From Candidatus Saccharimonadia bacterium (GTDB lineage: Bacteria > Patescibacteriota > Saccharimonadia > Saccharimonadales > 2-12-FULL-41-12), in contig OY970327.1 of assembly GCA_963717365.1 (NCBI GenBank), positions 11,599-75,598 of the forward strand: DNA of 64,000 nt. Reading direction: 5' to 3'. Made by a program: the position numbers and the translations under genes. Shown in pieces: positions 44,405-53,650 of this stretch. A model generated the notes under the pieces. The model saw only the letters and a list, made by a program, of their open reading frames with translations. It was not told the origin of the DNA and did no database searches. Every line of letters starts with the position of its first letter. Position 1 is the first letter of the stretch.

Positions 44405-44618
44405 ACTGGGCACTTCTTTGCTTCAACCATAACTTTAGCTGAAAGATGTGTTTAACCTATGTAGGGAATGTGTAGTTTAAAACTAACTAATTAAAGATAG
44501 CTTTGTGAGCAGGTGTGGGTACACATGCTAAGTAATCACATCACGCTAACGTGACTAGGGCGCATGGTTTAATAATTTTTACATGATTTAAAGTCATGTT
44601 TATTGGTAAGATAGATAG

Positions 44619-46850
44619 ATGTCGCAAAACACGGGAGATACTTTTTTAACTGGGCTGAACAGCGAGCAGCGTCGGGCGGTAGTAACAACAGAAGGGCCGC
44701 TGCTGATTCAGGCTGGGGCGGGTAGCGGTAAAACTAAAACGTTAACACACCGTATTGCCTATCTTGTTGGTACCGGCCAAACCACACCATACAACATCCT
44801 GGCTGTTACTTTTACCAATAAGGCTGCTCGTGAAATGCGGGAGCGGTTGGCGCATTTGCTGGGTCAGCGTCCTGACGACAGAGCATTCCTGCCCTATATG
44901 GGAACCTTTCACGGTATCTGCGTTAAGTTGCTACGACGCGATGGTAACTACGCGGGTGTGCCCTCTAACTTTATTATTTTTGATGAAGGTGACCGGCTAG
45001 CTACGATTAAGCAAGCCGCTAAACACTTAATGGTTGATGAAAAAAGCTATCCGCCGCGTCAGATTTCGAACCTGATTAGTAACGCAAAAAACGAACTGAT
45101 ATCACCGACAGATTATCATAGCCGGGCTAATAGTCCATTAGAACGCATTGCAGCCGATATATTCCCACTCTATGAACACGCACTTAAAGAAGCTGGCGCT
45201 CTGGATTTTGACGATTTGATTAGCAAAACCGTTACTATGCTTGAAAATAATCCGGAACTTAGAAATAAGTGGCAACAGCAGTTTCGCTACGTCATGATTG
45301 ATGAGTATCAGGATACTAATGCCGCTCAGTATCGCTTAATAAAACTGCTGGTAAATGATCAGAACAATATCGCAGTGGTTGGAGATGATTGGCAAAGTAT
45401 TTATTCATGGCGTGGAGCTGACTTCCGCAATATCTTGCGTTTTGAGAAAGATTATCCCAACGCATCAATTATTAAACTAGAACAAAATTATCGCAGCACG
45501 AAACATATTCTCGATGCAGCTCACGCAATAATTAGCAAAAATGCCCAGCGCTCCAATAAGCAGCTATGGACAGACGCTGGTAATGGTCTACCGGTCCAAA
45601 TGGTACCAATTGCACATGAGAGAGCCGAAGGAGAAGCTATCATCCGCCGCATCAAACAACGACTTGACGCTGGTCTGCGCAACTATAATGACTTCGCAGT
45701 TTTGTACCGCACAAATGCGCAAAGCCGCTCCCTCGAAGAAGCGTGTTTGCATTACGGCGTGCCATACCGCATTGTAGGGGGTCAGCGATTTTATGACCGC
45801 AAGGAAATAAAAGATTTAATTGCCTATGTTAGGCTACTGTTTCAACCAGAAGATATGGTTAGCTTCCAGCGAATTGTAAATGTTCCGGGACGAGGCATTG
45901 GCGGCCGTTCGCTTGAGCTTTTTTTTGAATGGCAACAGGGCCGAAGTATTACCTTGAAACAAGCTCTAAACCAAGTTGAATTTTGTAATGAACTAACTCC
46001 CAAAGCGCGGAACGCTCTTGTAGAGTTTGCCAATATAATGGAAGATCTGAGGGCAGTCATTGAAGAAGCACCAGTCGTCTCAATTATTGAGTCGCTCATA
46101 CGTAAAATAGACTACCTAGCCTTTCTTGATGATAAAACTCCCCAGGGCGAAGCTCGACAGGAAAACGTTCGTGAGTTATTAAGCGTTGCCAAAGAATACC
46201 AAGAGCTTGGCTTAGAAGGATTTTTAGAGGAAGTTTCACTAGTCAGCGATATTGATTCTGCCGGGCAAGAGGGTTATGGCGGACAAGCCGTAACCCTCAT
46301 GACACTGCATGCTGCCAAAGGCCTGGAGTTCCCGGTTGTTTTCATGCCTGGCATGGAAGAGACTATTTTTCCTCATTCGCGAGCTCTGTATGACCAATCT
46401 GAAATGGAAGAAGAGCGGCGGCTCTGCTACGTAGGCATGACTAGGGCACGTGAAGAATTGTATATGCTCTATAGTTCATCCCGGATGCTGTATGGGTCTA
46501 CGCAGCACAATCCACCGAGCCGATTTTTATCAGAAATTGACAGTGAATTTACCCAGACTGACGCACTGCGATTTGATTTTGGGCAATCAAATCGCAGTAG
46601 TTTGTCTAGAAGTAGTTCCTTTGATAAGTCATACAATCCGTGGCAAGACGGCAAAGATCAGTTCCCCGGCGGGGAAGCCAGTCAGGAGCCTCGTTATATC
46701 CCGGATATTAATGAAGGTGACAGTGTGCGCCACCAGTTATTTGGCGTTGGAACGGTTGTAGAAATGGAAGGTGATAACGCGGTTATTTACTTTAAAGGCC
46801 GTGGTAGTAAGAAATTGAATATTGCCTTTGCTCCCCTTGAAAAACTATGA
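44619..46850 (+). CDS. pcrA: ATP-dependent DNA helicase PcrA/UvrD
   Basis: 743 aa. Contains AGAGSGKTKTLTHR, VTFTNKAAREM, MIDEYQDTN, VGDDWQSIYSWRGA, LEQNYRST, TLHAAKGLEF and YVGMTRA. Confidence 0.93.
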   Translation: MSQNTGDTFLTGLNSEQRRAVVTTEGPLLIQAGAGSGKTKTLTHRIAYLVGTGQTTPYNILAVTFTNKAAREMRERLAHLLGQRPDDRAFLPYMGTFHGICVKLLRRDGNYAGVPSNFIIFDEGDRLATIKQAAKHLMVDEKSYPPRQISNLISNAKNELISPTDYHSRANSPLERIAADIFPLYEHALKEAGALDFDDLISKTVTMLENNPELRNKWQQQFRYVMIDEYQDTNAAQYRLIKLLVNDQNNIAVVGDDWQSIYSWRGADFRNILRFEKDYPNASIIKLEQNYRSTKHILDAAHAIISKNAQRSNKQLWTDAGNGLPVQMVPIAHERAEGEAIIRRIKQRLDAGLRNYNDFAVLYRTNAQSRSLEEACLHYGVPYRIVGGQRFYDRKEIKDLIAYVRLLFQPEDMVSFQRIVNVPGRGIGGRSLELFFEWQQGRSITLKQALNQVEFCNELTPKARNALVEFANIMEDLRAVIEEAPVVSIIESLIRKIDYLAFLDDKTPQGEARQENVRELLSVAKEYQELGLEGFLEEVSLVSDIDSAGQEGYGGQAVTLMTLHAAKGLEFPVVFMPGMEETIFPHSRALYDQSEMEEERRLCYVGMTRAREELYMLYSSSRMLYGSTQHNPPSRFLSEIDSEFTQTDALRFDFGQSNRSSLSRSSSFDKSYNPWQDGKDQFPGGEASQEPRYIPDINEGDSVRHQLFGVGTVVEMEGDNAVIYFKGRGSKKLNIAFAPLEKL

Positions 46851-46985
46851 TAATCCCTAATTTATACCCTGTAAGGCGACACCTATAACCGTGGTATAAT
46901 TAGTGAGTCTGCAAAGCTATTATAGTAGCAACATGTGAGCTTGGTGATTCTACCTCGATATTCACAATTTACAGATACTTTATTT

Positions 46986-48260
46986 ATGAATATATTCAAA
47001 CAATTTACTCGCAAATTAGTTCATGTTGCTGCAAAAAAGCCCAAGACGGGCAAGCAGCTTAATGAGATAGTAACCCGGCGGCACCCATTTGTTGTGCCCG
47101 TGTTTACCTTTATGGTACTTTTCTTTGCATTGTGTGCCGGCTTTGTTGTTTTAAATGGTGAAACAATTGGCGCCAATGATTCTAAGATAGTCCATCTCTA
47201 CGTAGACGGTCAAAATCAAATTGTGCCAACCCGCGCTAAAACGGTTGGCGAAGTTTTAGAAAAAGAAGGCGTAGAACTGCGTGAAGGAGATCAAGTAGAG
47301 CCTGCTTTAGATGGTTCGATTACTAGTCAGGATTTTAGTATAAACATTTACCGAGCTCGGCCGGTTACCGTTATAGATGACACAGGTCAAAAAGTGACAA
47401 CTAAAGTTGTTGAATCTACTCCAGCCGAAATGGCTCGAAAAGCTGGTGTTACCGTATACCCAGAAGACAATGTAAAGATTGCCGCCGCTGCAGATGCTCT
47501 GCGGTCAGGTGTTATTGGGGCGCAAATTGTAATTGAACGATCTACCCCAGCCATTATTAACTTGTATGGTACCAGCATTACTGCTCGGACACATGCCCAA
47601 ACAGTGGGTGACTTGCTTAGAGAAAAAAATATCAAAACACTAGAAGGCGACACCATTCAGCCTGGACCCGATACGCGATTAACTAATAATACCCAAATTT
47701 TTGTTACGCGCTTTGGTAAGCAAATTGTTAGCACAGAAGAAGAAATACCGGCGCCGGTAGAAAAGGTTGCTGATGGCAATATGTTGGCTGGTACAACAGC
47801 TGTAAAAGTTGCTGGGTCGCCAGGCCGAAAAGTTGTCACGTACGAGATTGAATTGCAAAATGGCCGTGAAGTAAGTCGTAGGCCAATTCAGGAAGTTATA
47901 GCCGTTCAACCAGTTAAGCGGGTTATGGCTGAGGGCACTAAAGTGATTATTAGTAACCCGTCAGCTAACGTACAGCTTGGACAGCGTTTGGCTGCCGAAC
48001 GTGGTTGGACAGGCGCTGAGTTTAACTGCCTGTACCAGCTTTGGCAAAAGGAATCAGGCTGGAATACCACAGCCGGAAATCGCAGTTCGGGTGCTTATGG
48101 TATACCGCAAGCACTGCCTGGTTCAAAAATGGGTACAGTTGCAGCCGATTGGCAAACAAATCCAGAAACTCAAATTAAATGGGGTCTAGGTTATATAGCT
48201 AGATCTTATCAAACCCCTTGCGGCGCATGGCAAAAATCCAGGACTAGCGGCTGGTATTAA
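46986..48260 (+). CDS. RpfB-like secreted cell-wall protein: TM anchor, repeated DUF348-like modules, G5-like segment, C-terminal lysozyme-like domain
   Basis: Repeated units have the form V..DG....V.T.A.TVG..L...(I/V)...GD.(V/I).P. The C-terminus reads EFNCLYQLWQKESGWNTTAGNRSSGAYGIPQALPGSKM. The start is set at MNIFKQ (46986); the ORF opens at GTG 46935. Confidence 0.7.
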   Translation: MNIFKQFTRKLVHVAAKKPKTGKQLNEIVTRRHPFVVPVFTFMVLFFALCAGFVVLNGETIGANDSKIVHLYVDGQNQIVPTRAKTVGEVLEKEGVELREGDQVEPALDGSITSQDFSINIYRARPVTVIDDTGQKVTTKVVESTPAEMARKAGVTVYPEDNVKIAAAADALRSGVIGAQIVIERSTPAIINLYGTSITARTHAQTVGDLLREKNIKTLEGDTIQPGPDTRLTNNTQIFVTRFGKQIVSTEEEIPAPVEKVADGNMLAGTTAVKVAGSPGRKVVTYEIELQNGREVSRRPIQEVIAVQPVKRVMAEGTKVIISNPSANVQLGQRLAAERGWTGAEFNCLYQLWQKESGWNTTAGNRSSGAYGIPQALPGSKMGTVAADWQTNPETQIKWGLGYIARSYQTPCGAWQKSRTSGWY

Positions 48261-48273
48261 AGCGACAACTTTC

Positions 48274-49056
48274 ATGAGGACGAAAAAAGAACTCGGGCAA
48301 CATTGGCTACATGATGACGTAAGCCTGCAAGCAATGTGCGACATAGCAGCAATTGGCCCAAATGACGTGGTTTTGGAGATTGGCCCTGGGCTTGGTACAT
48401 TGACGGCAAAGCTAGTTAAACAGGCTAAACAAGTTATAGCGGTTGAATACGATCATGAACTGGCACGGGCTCTTCCAAAAAGCTTAACAGCATCAAACCT
48501 AAGTGTAATTCACAAAGATATCCTGCGCTTTGATCTGACGCAACTTCCGCCCGATTATAAGGTAGCATCTAACATTCCGTATTACCTGACTAGTAACTTG
48601 ATCCGTGTATTATCAGAGTCATCAAATCCACCCCTATCGGCTACATTACTAGTACAGAAAGAAGTTGCTGAACGTATCGCAGCCGGACCGGGCGGGATGT
48701 CGTTGCTTAGCGTTACGGCTCAAATGTACTTTGAGCCTGCTTTGGGCTTAGTTGTGCCAGCTGCACTATTCACGCCGCCGCCAAAAATTAACTCCCAAAT
48801 CGTTCATCTTCAGCGCCGACAACAACCGTTGTATGGATCGCTTAATTCAAAAGAACTATTCCGTTTGGTGAAAGCAGGCTTTAGTAATCGCCGTAAGACG
48901 CTGCTTAATTCATTGTCAGCCGGTTTGCGCGTCTCAAAGGACGAAGTACGAGAACTGTTGAGTCATGCTTCGATTAACCCCCAGTTACGTCCTCAGGATC
49001 TTGATCTAGAAGACTGGATTAAACTGGGTCGCCTTATGACTATTGCTAAAGACTAA
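48274..49056 (+). CDS. rsmA: 16S rRNA (adenine1518/1519-N6)-dimethyltransferase
   Basis: 260 aa. Contains LGQHWL, VLEIGPGLGTLT, VASNIPYYLTS and FTPPPKINS. Confidence 0.92.
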   Translation: MRTKKELGQHWLHDDVSLQAMCDIAAIGPNDVVLEIGPGLGTLTAKLVKQAKQVIAVEYDHELARALPKSLTASNLSVIHKDILRFDLTQLPPDYKVASNIPYYLTSNLIRVLSESSNPPLSATLLVQKEVAERIAAGPGGMSLLSVTAQMYFEPALGLVVPAALFTPPPKINSQIVHLQRRQQPLYGSLNSKELFRLVKAGFSNRRKTLLNSLSAGLRVSKDEVRELLSHASINPQLRPQDLDLEDWIKLGRLMTIAKD

Positions 49057-49131
49057 TACTTTTATAAACCAAAAAAATTAGTTACGGCATAGGTACCCAT
49101 AATTACGGCTTCCTCTACCACGTTTCCACTT

Positions 49132-49902
49132 TTAATTAAATTTTAGGCTATTGGCGTAATGATCAAATGTTGCCTGGTCACTGCCAATCAAAATCATAGC
49201 GTACATAGTTGAGCCTTTGATGACATAGCGAATGTGTGACTCGTAGACCTTTTCTTTATCTGAAACATTATATGCCGCCTCAAGAGCATTCAGCTCACCG
49301 TACTTTCCGGCCTTGCTAGATACAATTTGAGCGCCTGGCGTATTTTGCAGGGCATTGTTCAGCGCACTCTCAAGTGCTTTCGGCTCATCGAGCTGGATAT
49401 CTCCATAATCAAATACCGCAAACGTATAATTTTTACTACCATTTTCAACAATACGCTTATAAGTAGTTATAGGAATATCTTTGCCTTGCGACTTGGCACT
49501 AGTCCTAGCAATAGTAGGCAGACCAGGCATAAGGATAGTAAATTTATTTTCCGGTGAAGTATAATCTTTTAATTCTTCTCCCGAAAAAGCGCTGCGAATT
49601 TGGTTAGTAGCACTGCCGTTTGTTTGTTGGCTAAATAGATTAATTAAAAGGGTGCCAGCTACCGCTACAAGCACAATAAAACCGAGTGAAAGTACTAAGC
49701 GCCTAAGTGATAAGCGTCGAGTAGCTCGTTGCCGAGCAGTTGACAAGAAACTAGACTTGACCTGTCGGTCAGTTGAGTTAATTGGAGCAAAGGATTTGGT
49801 TACCTTTTGAGCTTCATCCTTTTTCTGACTAGCTGTCTTAGGTGTATAATCTTTTTTAGTGGCGACTTTCTTTGATTGGCCTGCCTTTTTCTTATTTGCC
49901 AT
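49132..49902 (-). CDS. membrane-anchored hypothetical protein
   Basis: 256 aa. It has a basic N-terminus, one TM (LVLSLGFIVLVAVAGTLLINLF) and an extracytoplasmic domain. No motif recognised. Confidence 0.55.
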   Translation of the reverse strand: MANKKKAGQSKKVATKKDYTPKTASQKKDEAQKVTKSFAPINSTDRQVKSSFLSTARQRATRRLSLRRLVLSLGFIVLVAVAGTLLINLFSQQTNGSATNQIRSAFSGEELKDYTSPENKFTILMPGLPTIARTSAKSQGKDIPITTYKRIVENGSKNYTFAVFDYGDIQLDEPKALESALNNALQNTPGAQIVSSKAGKYGELNALEAAYNVSDKEKVYESHIRYVIKGSTMYAMILIGSDQATFDHYANSLKFN

Positions 49903-50064
49903 ACTACCTCTTCACCATACTTTTTAAGGCCGTTTTAAGTAACATGTTTATTCCGCTCCGAATCTTTTAGTGAATGATAATATAGGGTAGTGTAAGGAGT
50001 AAGAGCCGGCAGTCTCTGTTAAAAATCTTACAAATTGCTTAGAGACTGCAACAGATGACGCTTA

Positions 50065-51303
50065 TTAATTGATAAACGTCAGGGCGTAACCAATTTTACC
50101 GGCACGTCCGGCACGTCCAACACGGTGGACATAGTCTTCGTAAGACTGCGGCTGGCTATAGTTGATAACATGGGTTATATCAGCAACGTCGATGCCACGA
50201 GCGGCTACATCGGTAGCTACTAACACATCAATGTCATTTTTCTTAAAACGACGCAGAGCGCGTTCGCGCTGTCCTTGGCTTTTACCACCGTGAATTGCGT
50301 CTGCCTTGAAGCCCCGCTCAAGTAATTCATCGCTTAAGCGCTCAACGCTGCGTTGGGTTTCGTCAAAAATGATAACTTTTAATACTTCTTCTTTAAGTAA
50401 AATATCATGCAGTTTATCAAGCTTGTCGTAGCCATGAGAAAACTTAACGACGTCCTGATGGACATTTTCGCTAGCATCATTTGTAGTTTTAAGTGCAATA
50501 CTAACTGGATCGTTTGAAAAGGTGTTGATCAGGCCGCGGACACGGCTATCAAGTGTAGCTGAGAAGAACAGTGATTGTCGTTCCTTAGCTGCACCATCAA
50601 GAATAGTTCGGACATCGTCCACAAATCCCATATCTAGCATGCGGTCGACTTCGTCGAGAACAATGTAGTTAAAAGTACTTAAATCAAGTGTACGGCGTTT
50701 CATATGGTCCATGATACGGCCGGGCGTGCCGATGACAATATTAGGATTGTGGTTAAGGTCGCGCAATTGGGTACCCATTGAAGATCCGCCAATAAGCAAG
50801 GCACTAAATAGTCCGCTGCCTTTACCAATCTCGCGGCATTCCTGCTCAATTTGCTGAGCAAGTTCACGAGTTGGAGCCACCATCAGGACGCGGCCTTTTG
50901 GATCATGCATAAGCCTATGAATTAACGGGATCGCAAAAGCGGCCGTTTTACCGGTACCGGTACTGGCAATACCAATCATGTCGTTGCCTTCTAAAATAAC
51001 AGGAATTGACTGGTCCTGGATTGGCGTTGGGGTAACAAAGCCTTTGCTACTCAGGTTGAGTTTGATTTTGTCATGTACCTCAAAGTCAGCAAAGCGGTGC
51101 TTCGGTACATATGTTTCTTCAACGGTTATAGTTTTGGCAACTTTAACAAAGCGCGACGGGTCAATGTATTGACCACGGCGTTTGCCACCACCGCGCGAGC
51201 CGCCACCGGAACGGCGGTTGCCGCCAAATGAGCTTCCCCCGCGTGAGTTTGTATTGGTTCTGGCAAAGCTAGAACGAGAACGTGTAGACGTATGAAACGG
51301 CAT
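50065..51303 (-). CDS. DEAD-box RNA helicase (motif II reads DEVD)
   Basis: 412 aa. It has a Gly/Arg-rich N-terminus, Q-motif GFVTPTPIQ, ASTGTGKT, PTRELA, LDEVDRML, SAT and HRVGRAGRAG. Confidence 0.93.
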   Translation of the reverse strand: MPFHTSTRSRSSFARTNTNSRGGSSFGGNRRSGGGSRGGGKRRGQYIDPSRFVKVAKTITVEETYVPKHRFADFEVHDKIKLNLSSKGFVTPTPIQDQSIPVILEGNDMIGIASTGTGKTAAFAIPLIHRLMHDPKGRVLMVAPTRELAQQIEQECREIGKGSGLFSALLIGGSSMGTQLRDLNHNPNIVIGTPGRIMDHMKRRTLDLSTFNYIVLDEVDRMLDMGFVDDVRTILDGAAKERQSLFFSATLDSRVRGLINTFSNDPVSIALKTTNDASENVHQDVVKFSHGYDKLDKLHDILLKEEVLKVIIFDETQRSVERLSDELLERGFKADAIHGGKSQGQRERALRRFKKNDIDVLVATDVAARGIDVADITHVINYSQPQSYEDYVHRVGRAGRAGKIGYALTFIN

Positions 51304-51581
51304 AAAAAAAGAATCCTTGTGGTTTTTAATTTGGTTGGTATGTACTCTGCTGGTTGCACGAAGTAACGGTTACTGTCTCGATTATGAAACCTGAGCTAAA
51401 CAGACCAAATAAACCCGGATTCATCTTATAAATATTTTGTTAAGTTTTTATAAGTTCAAAAACAATACTTCTATATTAGCATAGATTACGCAAAAAGTAA
51501 ATACCTTATGTAAATTCCCTCGTAGGCAATACTAGCCAATTTTAATCGTTTGTTAATGTCCCGGCGGTTATAATAGCAAAC

Positions 51582-51794
51582 ATGATACGCGTACCAGTCG
51601 ACTCCTCAAATATTGTTTCAATTGGTTATGACAAAAATAACCAGCTGCTTGAGATGGAATTTAAAACTAAACGAATATATCGCTATAGCAGCGTGCCGCC
51701 GCATATCTACGCCGGGCTAATGAAAAGCCATTCCCATGGCAAGTATTTTCTTGACCATATCCAAGGAGAGTACTCGTATATTGAAGTTAACTAG
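51582..51794 (+). CDS. KTSC domain protein
   Basis: 70 aa. SSNIVSIGYDKNNQLLEMEFKTKRIYRYSSVPPHIYAGLMKSHSHGKYF matches the KTSC domain pattern. Confidence 0.75.
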   Translation: MIRVPVDSSNIVSIGYDKNNQLLEMEFKTKRIYRYSSVPPHIYAGLMKSHSHGKYFLDHIQGEYSYIEVN

Positions 51795-51843
51795 GTTCAG
51801 GAGCTTTGGCGTCTTCAGCGCGTGCCTGAATCAAGTAGCTAGC

Positions 51844-52623
51844 TTAGCGGATAGCTTGTTTACGGAAGAGGTGGGCGGTAATAGGGACAGAGACGATAAT
51901 AATACCGACACACCACACTACTGCCAGCCAGGCAGAGTCACCCATTGGCGTACCAACCAGCCATGAGCGCATAGCGTCAATAACATGAGTTAGTGGCTGG
52001 TTCTCGGCAAAGGCCCGCAAGGCAGCCGGCATAGTCTCGGTTTTTACAAAGGCACTGGAAATAAATGTCAGCGGAAAAATTACCACAAACCCGACCCACT
52101 GAGCAGCTTCCAGGCTTTTAACAAGCAAGCCCATGATCGCCGACAGCCATGATATAGCCAGACTGAAAAGCATAGCTAGGCCAAACACCAACAGCCATTC
52201 AGTCACGGTAGCATTAGGCCGGAAGCCAACCAAAAAGCCAACCGCAATCATGATAAGTCCCGAGATAATGTTACGTACCAAGTCTGAAGTAATGTGTCCG
52301 GTAACGAGGGCACTACTGTTCATCGGCAGGGAGCGGAAACGATCCATAATACCTTCTTTAAGATCGACCGCCAGATTGATGGTGGTGTAGTTAGCGCCGA
52401 AAGCCAAAGTTTGAACTAAAATGCCGGCAAACAAATAATTTGCGTAGGTGACCTCACCGGTATCGATAGCACCACCGAATACATAACGGTTCAGCAGCAT
52501 GAACATAATAGGAAAGAGAACCAAAGATAATACTTGGTCTAGACTTCTGATGATATGCAGGATACTGCGTTTGGTCATAATCCACGTATCGCTGATAGTC
52601 CATCGTATGCTGGCGGTACTCAT
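51844..52623 (-). CDS. ABC-2 type transporter permease
   Basis: 259 aa, 6 TM. It lies directly downstream of, and overlaps by 1 nt, a DrrA-like ATPase. Confidence 0.85.
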   Translation of the reverse strand: MSTASIRWTISDTWIMTKRSILHIIRSLDQVLSLVLFPIMFMLLNRYVFGGAIDTGEVTYANYLFAGILVQTLAFGANYTTINLAVDLKEGIMDRFRSLPMNSSALVTGHITSDLVRNIISGLIMIAVGFLVGFRPNATVTEWLLVFGLAMLFSLAISWLSAIMGLLVKSLEAAQWVGFVVIFPLTFISSAFVKTETMPAALRAFAENQPLTHVIDAMRSWLVGTPMGDSAWLAVVWCVGIIIVSVPITAHLFRKQAIR

Positions 52624-53609
52624 TACTTAGTCTCCTTTTTATCGGTGTCTGTTTCTGTGGTGGTGCCATGTCCCGTAAGGGTAAGAAAGACATCATCCAA
52701 GGTTGGGCGTCGCAGTTCCACACTGTCTACGCCGATTTTAGCTTGTTCAAGGCGCTGTAGTACTAACTTCAGTTCACTGACGCCGCCTTTGGTTGCAATA
52801 CTCAGTACCTTGCGCTCTTCGTCTACTTGTAGGTTCTTCCCGCCGACTACTTTTTGTGCAGTCACCAAGTCGCCTTTTTTGGAGATAGTGAGTTCGAGTC
52901 GATCAGAACCAACCTTGGCTTTTAGTTGGCTCGGGGTGCCAGTAGCAATAACTTTGCCGTTATCAATAACTACGATGTCGCTAGCTAAATGGTCGGCTTC
53001 GTCCATATACTGGGTAGTTAAGAGAATAGTAGTGCCTTTCTCTAGTAAATCTTTAATCATGGCCCACATGGCTAGGCGGCTGCGTGGATCAAGCCCGGTG
53101 GTCGGTTCATCTAAGAATATAATCGGCGGCGCGGCAATCAGGCTCATGGCTAAATCAAGTCGACGGCGCATTCCGCCGGAATATGTCTTAGCTGCCCGGT
53201 CAGCGGCTTCTGATAAATCAAACTGTTTAATTAGCTCTTCGGTTCGCTGTTTGCTTTCGTCTTTTTTGAGATGATAGAGCTGGCCCATCATAACCAAGTT
53301 CTCGCGTCCAGTTAAGTATTCATCAACAGCAGCATATTGGCCGGTCAGGCCAATGACTTCGCGGACTCGCTCGGGCTGTTTAGCAACATCAAAGCCCGCG
53401 ATTGTAGCGGTGCCCGAGTCGGCGTTAAGTAGGGTAGACAAGATACGCACGGTAGTAGTTTTGCCTGCTCCGTTTGGACCAAGCAACGCCAGCACGGTGC
53501 CAGACTTTACTTTAAAGTCAATGCCGTCTAGAACCTTGACTTCTTTCTTGCCTTTATTAAATGTTTTATATAAATCCTTGGCGACAATTGAGTATTCAGA
53601 AGTTTTCAT
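52623..53609 (-). CDS. ABC transporter ATP-binding protein (DrrA-like)
   Basis: GPNGAGKTT, YSGGMRRRLDLA and IIFLDEPTTGLD. The start is set at MKTSEYS (53609); the upstream ATG at 53633 is also possible. Confidence 0.92.
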   Translation of the reverse strand: MKTSEYSIVAKDLYKTFNKGKKEVKVLDGIDFKVKSGTVLALLGPNGAGKTTTVRILSTLLNADSGTATIAGFDVAKQPERVREVIGLTGQYAAVDEYLTGRENLVMMGQLYHLKKDESKQRTEELIKQFDLSEAADRAAKTYSGGMRRRLDLAMSLIAAPPIIFLDEPTTGLDPRSRLAMWAMIKDLLEKGTTILLTTQYMDEADHLASDIVVIDNGKVIATGTPSQLKAKVGSDRLELTISKKGDLVTAQKVVGGKNLQVDEERKVLSIATKGGVSELKLVLQRLEQAKIGVDSVELRRPTLDDVFLTLTGHGTTTETDTDKKETK

Positions 53610-53650
53610 TAATTTTAATATAGCATATAGCAAAACCTAGACCGTTGTGA

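Noticed and set aside
44405-44618. Structured ncRNA in the 214-nt spacer upstream of pcrA
   Set aside because: There are only short weak hairpins and no recognisable conserved motif. It cannot be supported without covariance or expression data.
52555-53274. 239-aa plus-strand ORF
   Set aside because: It is antisense to the DrrA-like ABC ATPase and the start of the permease. The minus strand carries Walker A, the signature motif and Walker B.
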